Positions 20,474-30,099 of a DNA stretch of 64,000 nucleotides are shown here, in pieces (position 1 is the stretch's first letter; the number at the start of each line of letters is the position of its first letter). The translations under genes and the position numbers were made by a program. The notes beneath the pieces are model-generated. The model ran no database searches. It was given only the letters and a program-made list of their open reading frames with translations, and was not told the origin of the DNA. This DNA comes from an uncultured virus (IMG/VR IMGVR_UViG_3300031539_000016) (lineage: Duplodnaviria; Heunggongvirae; Uroviricota; Caudoviricetes). The stretch lies in IMG/VR virus record IMGVR_UViG_3300031539_000016, one strand, 5' to 3'.

Positions 20474-21399
20474 ATACATAACGACCACGATATAGGAGAA
20501 TAAAATATGCCAAAGACAAATTCAGCGAAGTGTGTTAACTGTGATTTTGTATTACGTACTGCAACTAGCGGTGAAATAGGTGAAGAATACGCTTCTTGCC
20601 CGGAATGTGGTGATAAGTTATTCTATTCAGTAGATATTTCAGACCGAAAAAAAATTATGGCGCAATGGAAAGCGCAGAAAATGTTAATTAAAGACAGTTA
20701 TAAACTTCTTGAAGAAGTAAAAGATCCAGTAGAAATAAGTTTAGTAGAAGAAGATGTCGAAAAATTAGAAAAACTTATGAAGAACACACAAAAAGCATAT
20801 CTAAAGGAGCTAAAAAGAGTATAAATGTTTTATACTAAAGGATGCGAAGGATGCAGAAGGAAAAGTGTAGGCCCAATAGGTATTTGTGTTGTATGCAGAT
20901 ATTGTACAAATGATTGGCGCTTGCTAGATCTCAATACTAGTCATAAAGAATATGAGGAAACAAATGTTAGAAAAAATACAAGAAAAATTTTACAAAAAAA
21001 TAAGAGAGGGTCTATTAGACCAAACTAGTGTAGAAATCCCATTCAAACATTTTTTGATGGAGTGGTTCCCCAACCAGAGAGTAGATGATCAAGTTTTTAC
21101 CAAAGCCTTGTTAAATTTTGACAAAAAATATAACTTAGACCATATAGTTATTCTAAGCGGTAAAGGGGCTATGGCAGTTAGGTTTTGGTGGCAAAAAGAT
21201 AGAATAGTAGAGGGCGAAAATGCCTGATATAGTTATACTACCTTCCAAAAGAGAAATGGAACAACTAAGAAGATTGTTAATAAAATATCGTAATCACGAT
21301 ACTGATGATTATGAAATAGAAGAATTAATAACTACTATGATGGCTGAAACATTTAGGTTAGCTAAAATAGTGGTAAAATTTGCGGAGGATTAAAAAATA

Positions 21400-21648
21400 A
21401 TGCCATATGTGAAACAAGAAGAAAGGCCAAGATTGGATAAAGTGGTACAAGCCATGGTAGACGCAAAAATAAAAGCAAACGGAGATCTTAATTATGTTTT
21501 GTTTAAATTCTGTAGAGGAAATGTAAAACCAGGGTACGGTAATTACAAAAATTATTGCGCCGAATTAAGACAATGCGCTACAGAAATAGAGAGGCGGATA
21601 TTAGGGCCTTACGAGAACATTAAAATGATTGAAAATGGAGATGTATAA
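21400..21648 (+). CDS. conserved phage protein (MPY..Q..R / GDLNY family)
   Basis: MPYVKQEER, GDLNY, PYENIK...NGDV pattern typical of a small phage family. Confidence 0.6.
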   Translation: MPYVKQEERPRLDKVVQAMVDAKIKANGDLNYVLFKFCRGNVKPGYGNYKNYCAELRQCATEIERRILGPYENIKMIENGDV

Positions 21649-21986
21649 TGCCTAAAAGAAAAGACGCTAAACTTTCATTTCCACCATCGCCTTCAAAAGA
21701 TGTCATAGGATATAAGCTCTACATTGAAACATCGCCAACTGAAGTAACATACGACTCTCCAAGCCACTATCTTAGACGTAATACCAGTGTTAGGTTATAT
21801 AAGATACTTGGAGTAGTAGATGGAGTATTTAATATAGGTGTAGTTGCGGTAGATGATGCTGGTAATGAATCTAATTTTAGTTTACTATACAATGTACATT
21901 TAGATTTTATATCACCGTTTATGAAAAAAATAGCTATAATTATAACACGGGTACTTAATTGGTTTAAAGGAGATGATAATGACTAA
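21648..21986 (+). CDS. fibronectin type III-like small protein (paralog of 16436)
   Basis: KLSFPPSPS.DV..YK.YIE..PTEVT.DS ... GVFN.GVVAVDD.GNES. Confidence 0.65.
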   Translation: MPKRKDAKLSFPPSPSKDVIGYKLYIETSPTEVTYDSPSHYLRRNTSVRLYKILGVVDGVFNIGVVAVDDAGNESNFSLLYNVHLDFISPFMKKIAIIITRVLNWFKGDDND

Positions 21987-22897
21987 AAAAGAATCTAATC
22001 CGGTACCGCTTAATACTAAGAAACCCCCAGTGCCGCCTGCTCCTCCAGAGAAGAGAATTATTAACGAGGATAAGTATTGGGGGAATAATAAAAAGAAGAA
22101 AACAGTTATAAAACTAGAAAACGATGAAGCAGCGTTTATTATGAATTCAAAACAAGATATCAAATTTGTTTTTCCGGACATGGGTGATGAGGATAATGTA
22201 CCAGAGTATATACAGTTTATGTCAGCCCTTATGGTTGTATGTACAACGGATAAAGAGGTAATAGAGCTGATATGGGAAAAGTTCCATAAACTTATAGAAG
22301 AGGAGAATTAAATGAAAAAATTATTATTAGTTTTAGTGCTTTTTGTATTTGGATGTGCGGTATTACAATATAAATCTTATAAACTTGAAGATAACATAGT
22401 ACCTAACGAACGTATAGATAAAGTACTTGCATCAGAAAATAGGGTTCTAGCTAAAAGATATGGGGTCAGGTTTATTTTTGAAAACGGCAATACTACAAAA
22501 ATAGGTTTATATAAAATAGTAATAGGGGAGAATGAAACCTTAGACATGTTTGGCCTTAATGGATTACAAAGAATACACCAGAAAAACAGGGCTCGAGGAT
22601 TTGCTGGTACTTTACTAGTCCCAATTGAATCTTCAAACGCTTGGAAAATTGTTGAAGTTAGACGCCCTAAATATACAGGTGAACCCCACGAGGATAGAAA
22701 GTTGTCAGAGAGGGTAGTTCAAAAAAAGGGCTTACCAAACCCACTTAACATAATACCAATAGAGTTATTTGAACGCATTGAAAGTGTCGTTACATATGAG
22801 AACGGGGCTTACACGGTAATTTATATAATACCAGAAACAAGTCTGGACGATATCGGTAAATTGTTTGGGTTTATAGTAAAATATAAGGAGAATTAAA

Positions 22898-23335
22898 ATG
22901 TCGTTGATAGATTTAATAGAATCAACATTGATAATACCCTTAAGAGAGGTGGTTAAAGACAGTGAAATTGAATATTTAGGATTACCGTATACTGACAATG
23001 ATCCGGCTGTAGAAGATTGGAGAGCTGAAATATCCAATATGATAGCCGTTGATTTAACTAAGCGGGGTAGAATTATCTTTGCTCCTATAAGTGCTTGGCA
23101 CCACCTCGCTAGAAAGTATAAATTACCAGGAACGTTTGAATACTGGTTGAAACTCGACGAGGAGTTTATCAAAGCCAGTAAAAAACTTCTTATCATTACC
23201 CTTCCAGGTTGGAGAGAGTCCAAAGGGGTAACTGGAGAAATAAAATTAGCTGAAAAGTATAATGTTCCTATAGGATATATAAATCCAAAACCTTATATAA
23301 AACGAATGGAGGAACAAAATGCCGACACTGTGTGA
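22898..23335 (+). CDS. DUF1937-like protein (nucleoside deoxyribosyltransferase-like fold)
   Basis: YLGLPYT, IFAPIS..H, LPGWRESKGVTGEI. Confidence 0.75.
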   Translation: MSLIDLIESTLIIPLREVVKDSEIEYLGLPYTDNDPAVEDWRAEISNMIAVDLTKRGRIIFAPISAWHHLARKYKLPGTFEYWLKLDEEFIKASKKLLIITLPGWRESKGVTGEIKLAEKYNVPIGYINPKPYIKRMEEQNADTV

Positions 23336-24073
23336 GCCAGGATGTACACCGTTATGTGATTTTTGTAAACACTATAATTTTAATGGCGACAAATTAGGCC
23401 GATACACTGGAAATGGCCGATGTATTTTACATGACGAGCCGTCAGAACCATATGACTATTGTGAAGAAGATTTTTATTGCTTTCTTGCAGATAAAGAAAA
23501 GGAGAATTAATATGCCAAGACCGGGAAAGATTACTTTAGAATCAGGAGCAACTCATTTCTACTGCGATGGGTGTGGTAATACTAAACCCGTCAAACAAGG
23601 AGTTTACAAAGGTTTAATAGCACATAGTAATGGGGATGATACTACATCTGAACATTATGTTGTATGGAAATTACTTTGTAAAGCGTGTTATACAGGAATA
23701 AAAGAGGAAGTAAAAGATAAAAAGAGTGAAAGGAAAACCAAAACAAGATAATTAAAGGAGAATTAAATGAGATGTACGATATGTGGAGCCAAGCTTATAG
23801 CTTGTGAGGACGGAACAGTATCAACCCTGGTTGGATACTACTCTCCCCCCGACCATGATCATGATGACAATTGTTTAAAAAGAGTATATTTTTGTGAAAA
23901 CAACCACGCACAAATAATAGCCAAACGACGTAGATGTCCAAACCCAGATTGTAATTGGGTAGGCAAAGAGGATTGTTTTTGTCATGATGGTAAAAAAGTG
24001 GACGAATGGCCAGAAGTAGATGAAGTACGACCGGCATGGTGGAAAAATAAAGCAGATAATAAGGAGAAGGAAA

Positions 24074-24562
24074 ATGGATAATCCTAAGAAAAGACATTAT
24101 ATTTATTTAGCTGGTAACATCAGCGAGGACAACCGTACTTATGAATGGCGAGAAGATTTTACAAACTTAATGGAAGACATACCAAATGCGGTTATTGTAA
24201 ATCCATGTGCTAATAAGTTCAATCAAGCTATGAAAGACGCCGCAGATAGTGGGCTTGCTTTTACAAAAGAAGCTAAGAAAAGATCTCAGAAAATTCTGCG
24301 AGCTAAAGATTATCAGTTAGTTAAAATGTGTAGTGTAGTAGTAGTTAATTTAGAACTGGTTGGTGTAGAAAAGCCGTTAATAGGCACAATACAAGAATTA
24401 TGTTGGGCTAGAGATATTTTTTACATACCGGTTCTGGCCATCTGTGGTAAAGAACCTAACATTTATACTGAACATCCTTGGATAGATGAGTGTGTCTCAG
24501 CCAAGACTGAAACAGCGAAAGAAGCTGTTGAAATGATTAAAACTTTTTTCTTGGAGTATTAA
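24074..24562 (+). CDS. nucleoside 2-deoxyribosyltransferase-like protein
   Basis: IYLAGNI, WRE, D...VKMC, IGTIQEL. Confidence 0.7.
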   Translation: MDNPKKRHYIYLAGNISEDNRTYEWREDFTNLMEDIPNAVIVNPCANKFNQAMKDAADSGLAFTKEAKKRSQKILRAKDYQLVKMCSVVVVNLELVGVEKPLIGTIQELCWARDIFYIPVLAICGKEPNIYTEHPWIDECVSAKTETAKEAVEMIKTFFLEY

Positions 24563-25123
24563 AATGAATAATATAGAGAAAATGGAAAAAATAAGATTTA
24601 TAAATAGGTATTTGCGAGATTTTACAGAAGACCAGTCTAACACAATAGATAAGTTAAGCGCTAAAATAGCTGATGAATCATTTAAAGATTTATGTGAGGA
24701 GTACGATCAGTGTAATGTGTGTGGAAAACCTTTGGATCCTAATGCGCGTATGACCATTAAGGAGCGCTATCCAAGCACGTTATTTAGAGAAATACGTATA
24801 AAGGCTTGCCCTGATAAACTATGTAAATATAATAAACGTTTGGCAGATAGGTATGAAAACTAAAAAAGACATATTATATAGCTATAATCATACAAGAGAA
24901 CGTATGGAAGAACGATATGGCATCCACATAGATGTTAAGGACTACGCTGAGATGTGTGAGCGCGTAGATAAGAAGAAGGATGTTAAATTTATCTCGGAAG
25001 AAAGACTCCAACAGGTATATGATATGTCCTTTAAATGTTTGACATGCCCTACAAAAATTGTAAGGGTGGTGTGGAGTAGGGCTAATAGGTGTATCAAAAC
25101 TGTTTTACCTATGGAGGATTAAA

Positions 25124-25849
25124 ATGGGAATTAAAAAAGATAGGTTATTGAGACTAGGGCATAAACTACTACCGTTGAAAATCAAGAGATTATTAGTCAA
25201 GCATAAAGTAGTGAGGGGTATAGACAACACTAGAGCATTAGTATATGATGATAATGATGTTATAGAGTTCTACCTACCAGGATTTAACGATGGCGGGCTT
25301 GTGGAACCATTTAAACACATAATGTGCCTTTATGATGCATATCTCAAGGACGATCCTTGGTGGCATTTTATTTATGAAGGTGATTATGCATTGATTAGAT
25401 GTTCTTATAAGTATGCTAAGGACTTAGAAAAATATTTCGCTAAACATGATATAGAACACAAACCCATAACTTGGTGGAGAGAAGGTACTCATGTAACCGC
25501 GCTTTATAAGGACGTGTTTAAAGAAATTTTTCATTGGACTTCTGTATTAACAATAGAAATGGCTAAAAATGAAGAGAGAAATTTTTATATTGCTCAATCT
25601 GCTGATCGAATTGTTCATATATTTTTACTACAAGCTATTTATTTAGCTGATATAAATGGAGATTTAGAAGTATTAAGAAAAATGGGTTACGGAATCCAGT
25701 ACTGGGAAGCAGAACAGATGTCTCATCTTGCCAAATTCAGGGCTTATAATATAGGAAAAGTAGATGGACATAACCAGCTCCAAGATCATTGGAAGAAAAT
25801 AGATGAACAAAAAAGGAAGGAAAGAAGTCAGAATAAAAAAGATGTCTAG
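25124..25849 (+). CDS. hypothetical protein
   Basis: 241-aa ORF with GGAGG SD. Confidence 0.6.
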   Translation: MGIKKDRLLRLGHKLLPLKIKRLLVKHKVVRGIDNTRALVYDDNDVIEFYLPGFNDGGLVEPFKHIMCLYDAYLKDDPWWHFIYEGDYALIRCSYKYAKDLEKYFAKHDIEHKPITWWREGTHVTALYKDVFKEIFHWTSVLTIEMAKNEERNFYIAQSADRIVHIFLLQAIYLADINGDLEVLRKMGYGIQYWEAEQMSHLAKFRAYNIGKVDGHNQLQDHWKKIDEQKRKERSQNKKDV

Positions 25850-25874
25850 CAAATTTGAAAAAGTATTCTATAAT
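25846..25874 (+). promoter_or_regulatory. phage promoter CTAGCA-N17-TATAAT (copy 5)
   Basis: CTAGCA aatttgaaaaagtattc TATAAT. Confidence 0.8.
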
Positions 25875-25983
25875 ATTTATGCGTGTAAACGCTCCATAGT
25901 TAAGACTCAACATTTTACCGTGTAGGTTATCAATATAAAGGAGATTCCGACTACGGAGCTATAATACAAGTCAGGAGGCATAT

Positions 25984-26511
25984 ATGGATATTCAAACAGG
26001 TGATATCCTATTAACATCTAAGAAATCCTTAATAGTATGGTTTATGAATTTATTTCAAAAGGATCCATGTTGGTGGGGGCATGTTTTGGTAGCTAAAGAT
26101 AATGTGGATGCGTGGGAATCTAATTATGTGTTGAAAGAATCAAATATAGCAAAAGTTCTTAAGAAACATAAATATTATAAAATAATAAGAAAAAAGGACT
26201 TAACTGAAGATCAAAAAGAAGAAATGCGTGAAACAGCGCCAGATCTATTGGGGTACCCATACGGTGTAGGGCGTATATTTTTGCAAATATTAGACCACAT
26301 TTTCCACACAGATTGGTTTACTAGGTTGGATGATAGAGAGTATATTCAGGTATGTTCGAGTTATGCCGCTTGGATATATAAAACAGCTTGTGAGTACGAA
26401 TTTAACGGGGTTTATTGGACATCGTGTGACCCAGATGATATAGAGGATGATCAACTACGTTATCCAGAAAGATGGGAAATTATAGGAGAACGTAGTATTA
26501 GGAGGAAATAA
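25984..26511 (+). CDS. permuted papain-like NlpC/P60 (YiiX/YebB-like) amidase
   Basis: QTGDILL, WGHV (His first), GYPY, VCSSY (Cys later). Confidence 0.75.
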   Translation: MDIQTGDILLTSKKSLIVWFMNLFQKDPCWWGHVLVAKDNVDAWESNYVLKESNIAKVLKKHKYYKIIRKKDLTEDQKEEMRETAPDLLGYPYGVGRIFLQILDHIFHTDWFTRLDDREYIQVCSSYAAWIYKTACEYEFNGVYWTSCDPDDIEDDQLRYPERWEIIGERSIRRK

Positions 26512-27092
26512 TGGCGAATTTTGAACAGGCTTATACTATTACATTGGGGCACGAGGGCGGATATGGTAATGACCCTGATGATGTTGGTGCCGAGACTTAT
26601 AAAGGGGTTGCAAGAGCTTACTACCCAGATTGGCCTGGATGGGTTATAATTGAAGCTGCTAAACGGGGACCTAATTTTCCTAATAATTTGACAAATAATA
26701 TTAATCTAAACACAATGATAAAGAGCTTTTACAAGGAAAATTACTGGAACTTGTTCTGGGGAAACCGAATCTCGAATCAATCAGTCGCAAACGAGCTATT
26801 TGATACTGGTGTTAATATGGGTGTGGGGCGTGCTGTAAAATATTTACAAAGATCTCTGAATGTGTTAAACAGAAATCAAAAAAATTATCCAGATATAGTA
26901 GAAGACGGTGTTTTTGGTTTAAACACAATGAATACTTTGAATAAATATTTAGCCACAGATGATGAATCGTTTTTACTGAAAATTATGAACATTTTACAAG
27001 GAATGCATTATATTGATTACATGACTAAAAGTTCAATACAAGAGAAATATGCACGTGGCTGGCTGAAGCGCGTGAATATAACTAAAAACTAA
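26511..27092 (+). CDS. endolysin, glycoside hydrolase family 108 with peptidoglycan-binding domain
   Basis: HEGGYGNDPDD.G.ETYKGV, LFDTGVNMG, DGVFG..T, KYARGWLKRV. Confidence 0.92.
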   Translation: MANFEQAYTITLGHEGGYGNDPDDVGAETYKGVARAYYPDWPGWVIIEAAKRGPNFPNNLTNNINLNTMIKSFYKENYWNLFWGNRISNQSVANELFDTGVNMGVGRAVKYLQRSLNVLNRNQKNYPDIVEDGVFGLNTMNTLNKYLATDDESFLLKIMNILQGMHYIDYMTKSSIQEKYARGWLKRVNITKN

Positions 27093-27104
27093 TAGGAGAA
27101 TATA

Positions 27105-27143
27105 ATGACATTTAACTATGGGGGAATATACGATGCCTTTTAA
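27105..27143 (+). CDS. 12-aa mini-ORF MTFNYGGIYDAF (possible leader peptide)
   Basis: AGGAG SD upstream; lies directly before the 27169 gene. Confidence 0.35.
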   Translation: MTFNYGGIYDAF

Positions 27144-27168
27144 GTGAATCTAACTTAGGGGGTGTTAT

Positions 27169-27711
27169 ATGTATACTGTAACGCAGTATAAGGTCGAAAT
27201 CAGGTTAATAAACCGTGATGGAGTAGTTGGGGTTTATCCTGATTACGATGCATTTTTGGATAGTGTTTCTTACTGGTTTGTAAAAGAACACATAGTAACC
27301 ACTTTAAAAGAGTGGCCAGTTGATTGGTATCTTAGATGGGTATTTGGGAAAAAACCAGATTTTTATATTGTAAGAGATGAGTTCGGAAGTGTTTTCACTT
27401 CCACCGAAATTCTCGAAGACAAGTTCGATAAGAATAAAAAGAAATCTTCTTTGGAACAGTGGTTTCTTAAAAAACATGATTTTACTTACAGAAAAACTCC
27501 AGTGCCTTTTACTGGAAAAAGAAAATGGAGATTTAGCAACTCTTACAAAACTCCTCGCCATGCTCAAGAAAGAAAATGGAACATGGCCCACAAGGGGTAT
27601 GTCAGAGGAAAACGAAATTCAAAATACCTTCCTGATCCTTGGGATGATTATCCAAGAAGCGATATTTATGACAAAAACTGGAAAAGACAGAGGAAAACAC
27701 AATGGAAATAA
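27169..27711 (+). CDS. basic phage hypothetical protein
   Basis: C-terminal RGKR..YLPDPWDD...KNWKRQRKTQWK; stop abuts the tRNA. Confidence 0.65.
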   Translation: MYTVTQYKVEIRLINRDGVVGVYPDYDAFLDSVSYWFVKEHIVTTLKEWPVDWYLRWVFGKKPDFYIVRDEFGSVFTSTEILEDKFDKNKKKSSLEQWFLKKHDFTYRKTPVPFTGKRKWRFSNSYKTPRHAQERKWNMAHKGYVRGKRNSKYLPDPWDDYPRSDIYDKNWKRQRKTQWK

Positions 27712-27786
27712 GCTGGGATAGTTTAGTTGGTAGAACACTAGCTTGCCAAGCTGGAAACGTGGGTTCGAGTCCCGCTCCTCGCTCCA
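27712..27786 (+). tRNA. tRNA-Gly(GCC)
   Basis: cloverleaf, anticodon loop TT-GCC-AA, GTTCGAGTC T loop, encoded CCA; one acceptor mismatch at 3:70. Confidence 0.9.
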
Positions 27787-27806
27787 TATTATAAAAGGAG
27801 TTTTAA

Positions 27807-27860
27807 ATGACATAGGTAAAACGATTAGATGGGTTGTAGATTATTAGAGGGCCTCCGTAA
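27807..27860 (+). other. amber-interrupted mini-ORF MT*VKRLDGL*IIRGPP
   Basis: AAAGGAG SD 6 nt before ATG; in-frame TAG at 27813 and 27837; ends AGA GGG CCT CCG TAA. Confidence 0.6.
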
Positions 27861-27903
27861 TTTATTTTCTTTGTAATGTTAAACATACTAAAGGAGATAA
27901 ATT

Positions 27904-28203
27904 ATGAAAACTAAAAGATTAGAACTAAAACAATGGTTAAAATATGAGAGCCTCCGAATAAAGGAAACAAGAATTAAACATAAAAATAGTCAAAGGCTGA
28001 ACAATAATAATGATTTAATGTGGCCTTTGTGTGAAATGTCCAGAGATTACAGACATCACCACATTGCTTATTCGGAACTAAGAGGCCACACAAGATCGGA
28101 AATAGAAAACCCCCGTGAAGATAATTTACCCAACGAAGATTGGATTTTATCAATAAAAAAGAAGTATTTTGATGAGCAAGAGACTTTACGTAATAGTGCG
28201 TAA
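27904..28203 (+). CDS. hypothetical protein (RHHHIAY...RG...IE motif)
   Basis: AAGGAG SD; overlaps the PTH2-like gene. Confidence 0.7.
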   Translation: MKTKRLELKQWLKYESLRIKETRIKHKNSQRLNNNNDLMWPLCEMSRDYRHHHIAYSELRGHTRSEIENPREDNLPNEDWILSIKKKYFDEQETLRNSA

Positions 28204-28462
28204 GGACTTATCAGAATCATACAGAGCTGTACAGGCTGGTCATGCGGTAGCAGAATGGCTACTACATGACCAGACCTGGAAAAATGAAACGCTAATTTAT
28301 TTAGGCGTTAGAGATGAAAAAGAACTTTCACGTTGGGCCGACAAATTAAATTTTAGAGACATTAGATGGGTTGGTTTTAAAGAACCGGATATTAATAATG
28401 AATTAACAGCTATTGCAGCTGTATGCAATGATGGAATATTTAATAAACTCAAATTATTATAA
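28172..28462 (+). CDS. peptidyl-tRNA hydrolase PTH2-like protein
   Basis: LYVIVRKDLS, AVQAGHAVAEW, F.EPD....LTAIA, C-terminal LKLL. Confidence 0.8.
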   Translation: MSKRLYVIVRKDLSESYRAVQAGHAVAEWLLHDQTWKNETLIYLGVRDEKELSRWADKLNFRDIRWVGFKEPDINNELTAIAAVCNDGIFNKLKLL

Positions 28463-28535
28463 GCGCATGTCGCCAAATGGTTTAAGGCAGCGGGCCCTAA
28501 CCCCGTAATTGGGGGTTCGAGTCCCCCCGTGCGCT
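28463..28535 (+). tRNA. atypical tRNA with CUA anticodon (putative amber suppressor)
   Basis: acceptor GCGCATG/CGTGCGC, D arm GCC..GGC, anticodon stem GCGGG/CCCGT with loop CC-CTA-AC, T arm GGGGG-TTCGAGT-CCCCC; C33 and C38 atypical, no encoded CCA. Confidence 0.75.
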
Positions 28536-28561
28536 CAATTAGCGGCTAACTAGGTATTTAT

Positions 28562-29017
28562 ATGGACAATAGTTACAAGAGAAAAAACATTTTTTTAGGT
28601 ATGAATTGCAGTACTACTGCTAGTAAATTGAGAAAGATGTTATTATTTAAATATGTCAAACTTGCTGGCCATGATATATGTTATAGATGTGGCGAGAAAA
28701 TTGAAAGTATTGATGATTTTAGTGTAGAGCATAAAAAACCATGGTTTTATGAAGATCCAAATTTGTTTTGGGACTTGAATAATGTAGCTTTCTCTCATAT
28801 GAGGTGTAATAGGCCCCACAAACAACGTGGCGGTAATAAAGGTAGTACAGACCAAAGAAAAACTTACAAAAATAAATTGTGGTGTAATAGATGTAAAAAA
28901 TTTTTAAGTAAAAATAAATTTAGCGATAACAAATATACATGGAGTGGTAAACAAAAGTGGTGTAAAAATTGTAGAAGTATTTATTACAAAAAGAAGCCTT
29001 CACTAAAGGCTCCATAA
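28562..29017 (+). CDS. HNH endonuclease-like protein
   Basis: CYRCG, SVEHKKPW, NVAFSHMRCN, C-terminal CNRC..CKNC. Confidence 0.75.
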   Translation: MDNSYKRKNIFLGMNCSTTASKLRKMLLFKYVKLAGHDICYRCGEKIESIDDFSVEHKKPWFYEDPNLFWDLNNVAFSHMRCNRPHKQRGGNKGSTDQRKTYKNKLWCNRCKKFLSKNKFSDNKYTWSGKQKWCKNCRSIYYKKKPSLKAP

Positions 29018-29324
29018 AATTAATTAAAGGAGAATTTTAATTATGGCAAGAAAAAAGAAAGCGGAAAAGGTAGAAGAAGTGGTACAAGAAGTAGCAGAAA
29101 GTACAGCTACAGCAGAAACTACTGAAGCAGAACAACAAGCAATAAGAGAACAGATACAACAAAAGCGTGTTGCTGATTGTACATTAGCAGTTCAAAAAGT
29201 ATTACGAGAACATAATTGCGATTTCGATATAAATGTACTTTTGAGAGCTGGTCAAGTAATTCCTAGAATTGCTATTATGCCTGTAGAGATACTACAAGCT
29301 CAGCGAAATAGCCTGTATAAATAA

Positions 29325-29401
29325 GCGGGAATAGCTCAGTTGGCTAGAGCGTCAGCCTTCCAAGCTGAGGGTCGCGGGTTCGAGTCCCGTTTCCCGCTCC
29401 A
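29325..29401 (+). tRNA. tRNA-Gly(TCC)
   Basis: canonical GCGGGAATAGCTCAG...CT-TCC-AA...TTCCCGCTCCA. Confidence 0.97.
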
Positions 29402-29404
29402 TAA

Positions 29405-29479
29405 TGGGAGGTAGTTCAGTGGTAGAACGCCTGACTCTGAATCAGGAAGTCGGAGGTTCGACACCTCCTCTCCCAGCCA
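29405..29479 (+). tRNA. tRNA-Gln(CTG)
   Basis: U1-A72 acceptor, CCTGA-CT-CTG-AA-TCAGG, ends GCCA. Confidence 0.93.
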
Positions 29480-30080
29480 ATACACATAAGGAGAAAACTT
29501 ATGATCAAGTGGATTGCAATTGGAATAACATCTTTGGGTATGATAGTAGGAGGAATTTTCTATGTGGAAGATAGGTATTTTCACACAGATGAAGCTGAGG
29601 CTATGAATGCTACCATCGTGGAAAAAATAGTAAAAGTAAAAGAAGAAGTGTCTAAAGATACTTTGGAAACTTTCAAAGATGTACAACAATCATTTCAAGC
29701 TATGCAAAGAGATAATGATAATAATCGTTTAGAAGCTTTACGTGATCGTAAATATCTACTAGACAAGCAGCTTTTAGCAGCCCCAGACAATGAATTATTA
29801 AAAGAAAGAATAGAAATGTTGTGTAGACAAATAGAAAAATTAGAAAATAAGTTATACAACTAATAAACATGTTAGATATAGATCAATACATAACATTGTT
29901 TATACAGGTAAAAACAGAAGAACTAGAAGAATTCAAAAAGTATATTAAAACTTCTAAACTTCCTAAAAGAAAAACTTCTTATGCCGAGTGGGAAACAGTT
30001 TACCTAAATTGGGCAATGAAGCAAGAAGATAATATAGAAAAAAATAATAAAATGCACGAAATATATTTAAATGTGGATTA

Positions 30081-30099
30081 ACTAACTATATAATAATAG
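30081..30099 (+). promoter_or_regulatory. candidate second-class promoter CTAAC.AT.T..TAATAG
   Basis: matches motifs at 42919 and 45425. Confidence 0.4.

Noticed and set aside
28463..28535. Reading this tRNA as Arg(CCT)
   Set aside because: That register breaks the anticodon stem; only the CTA register gives a 5-bp stem with a 7-nt loop.
29325..29401. tRNA-Gly(TCC) as a prophage attachment site
   Set aside because: No integrase, no duplicated 3' end and no host genes in the window, so it cannot be supported here.
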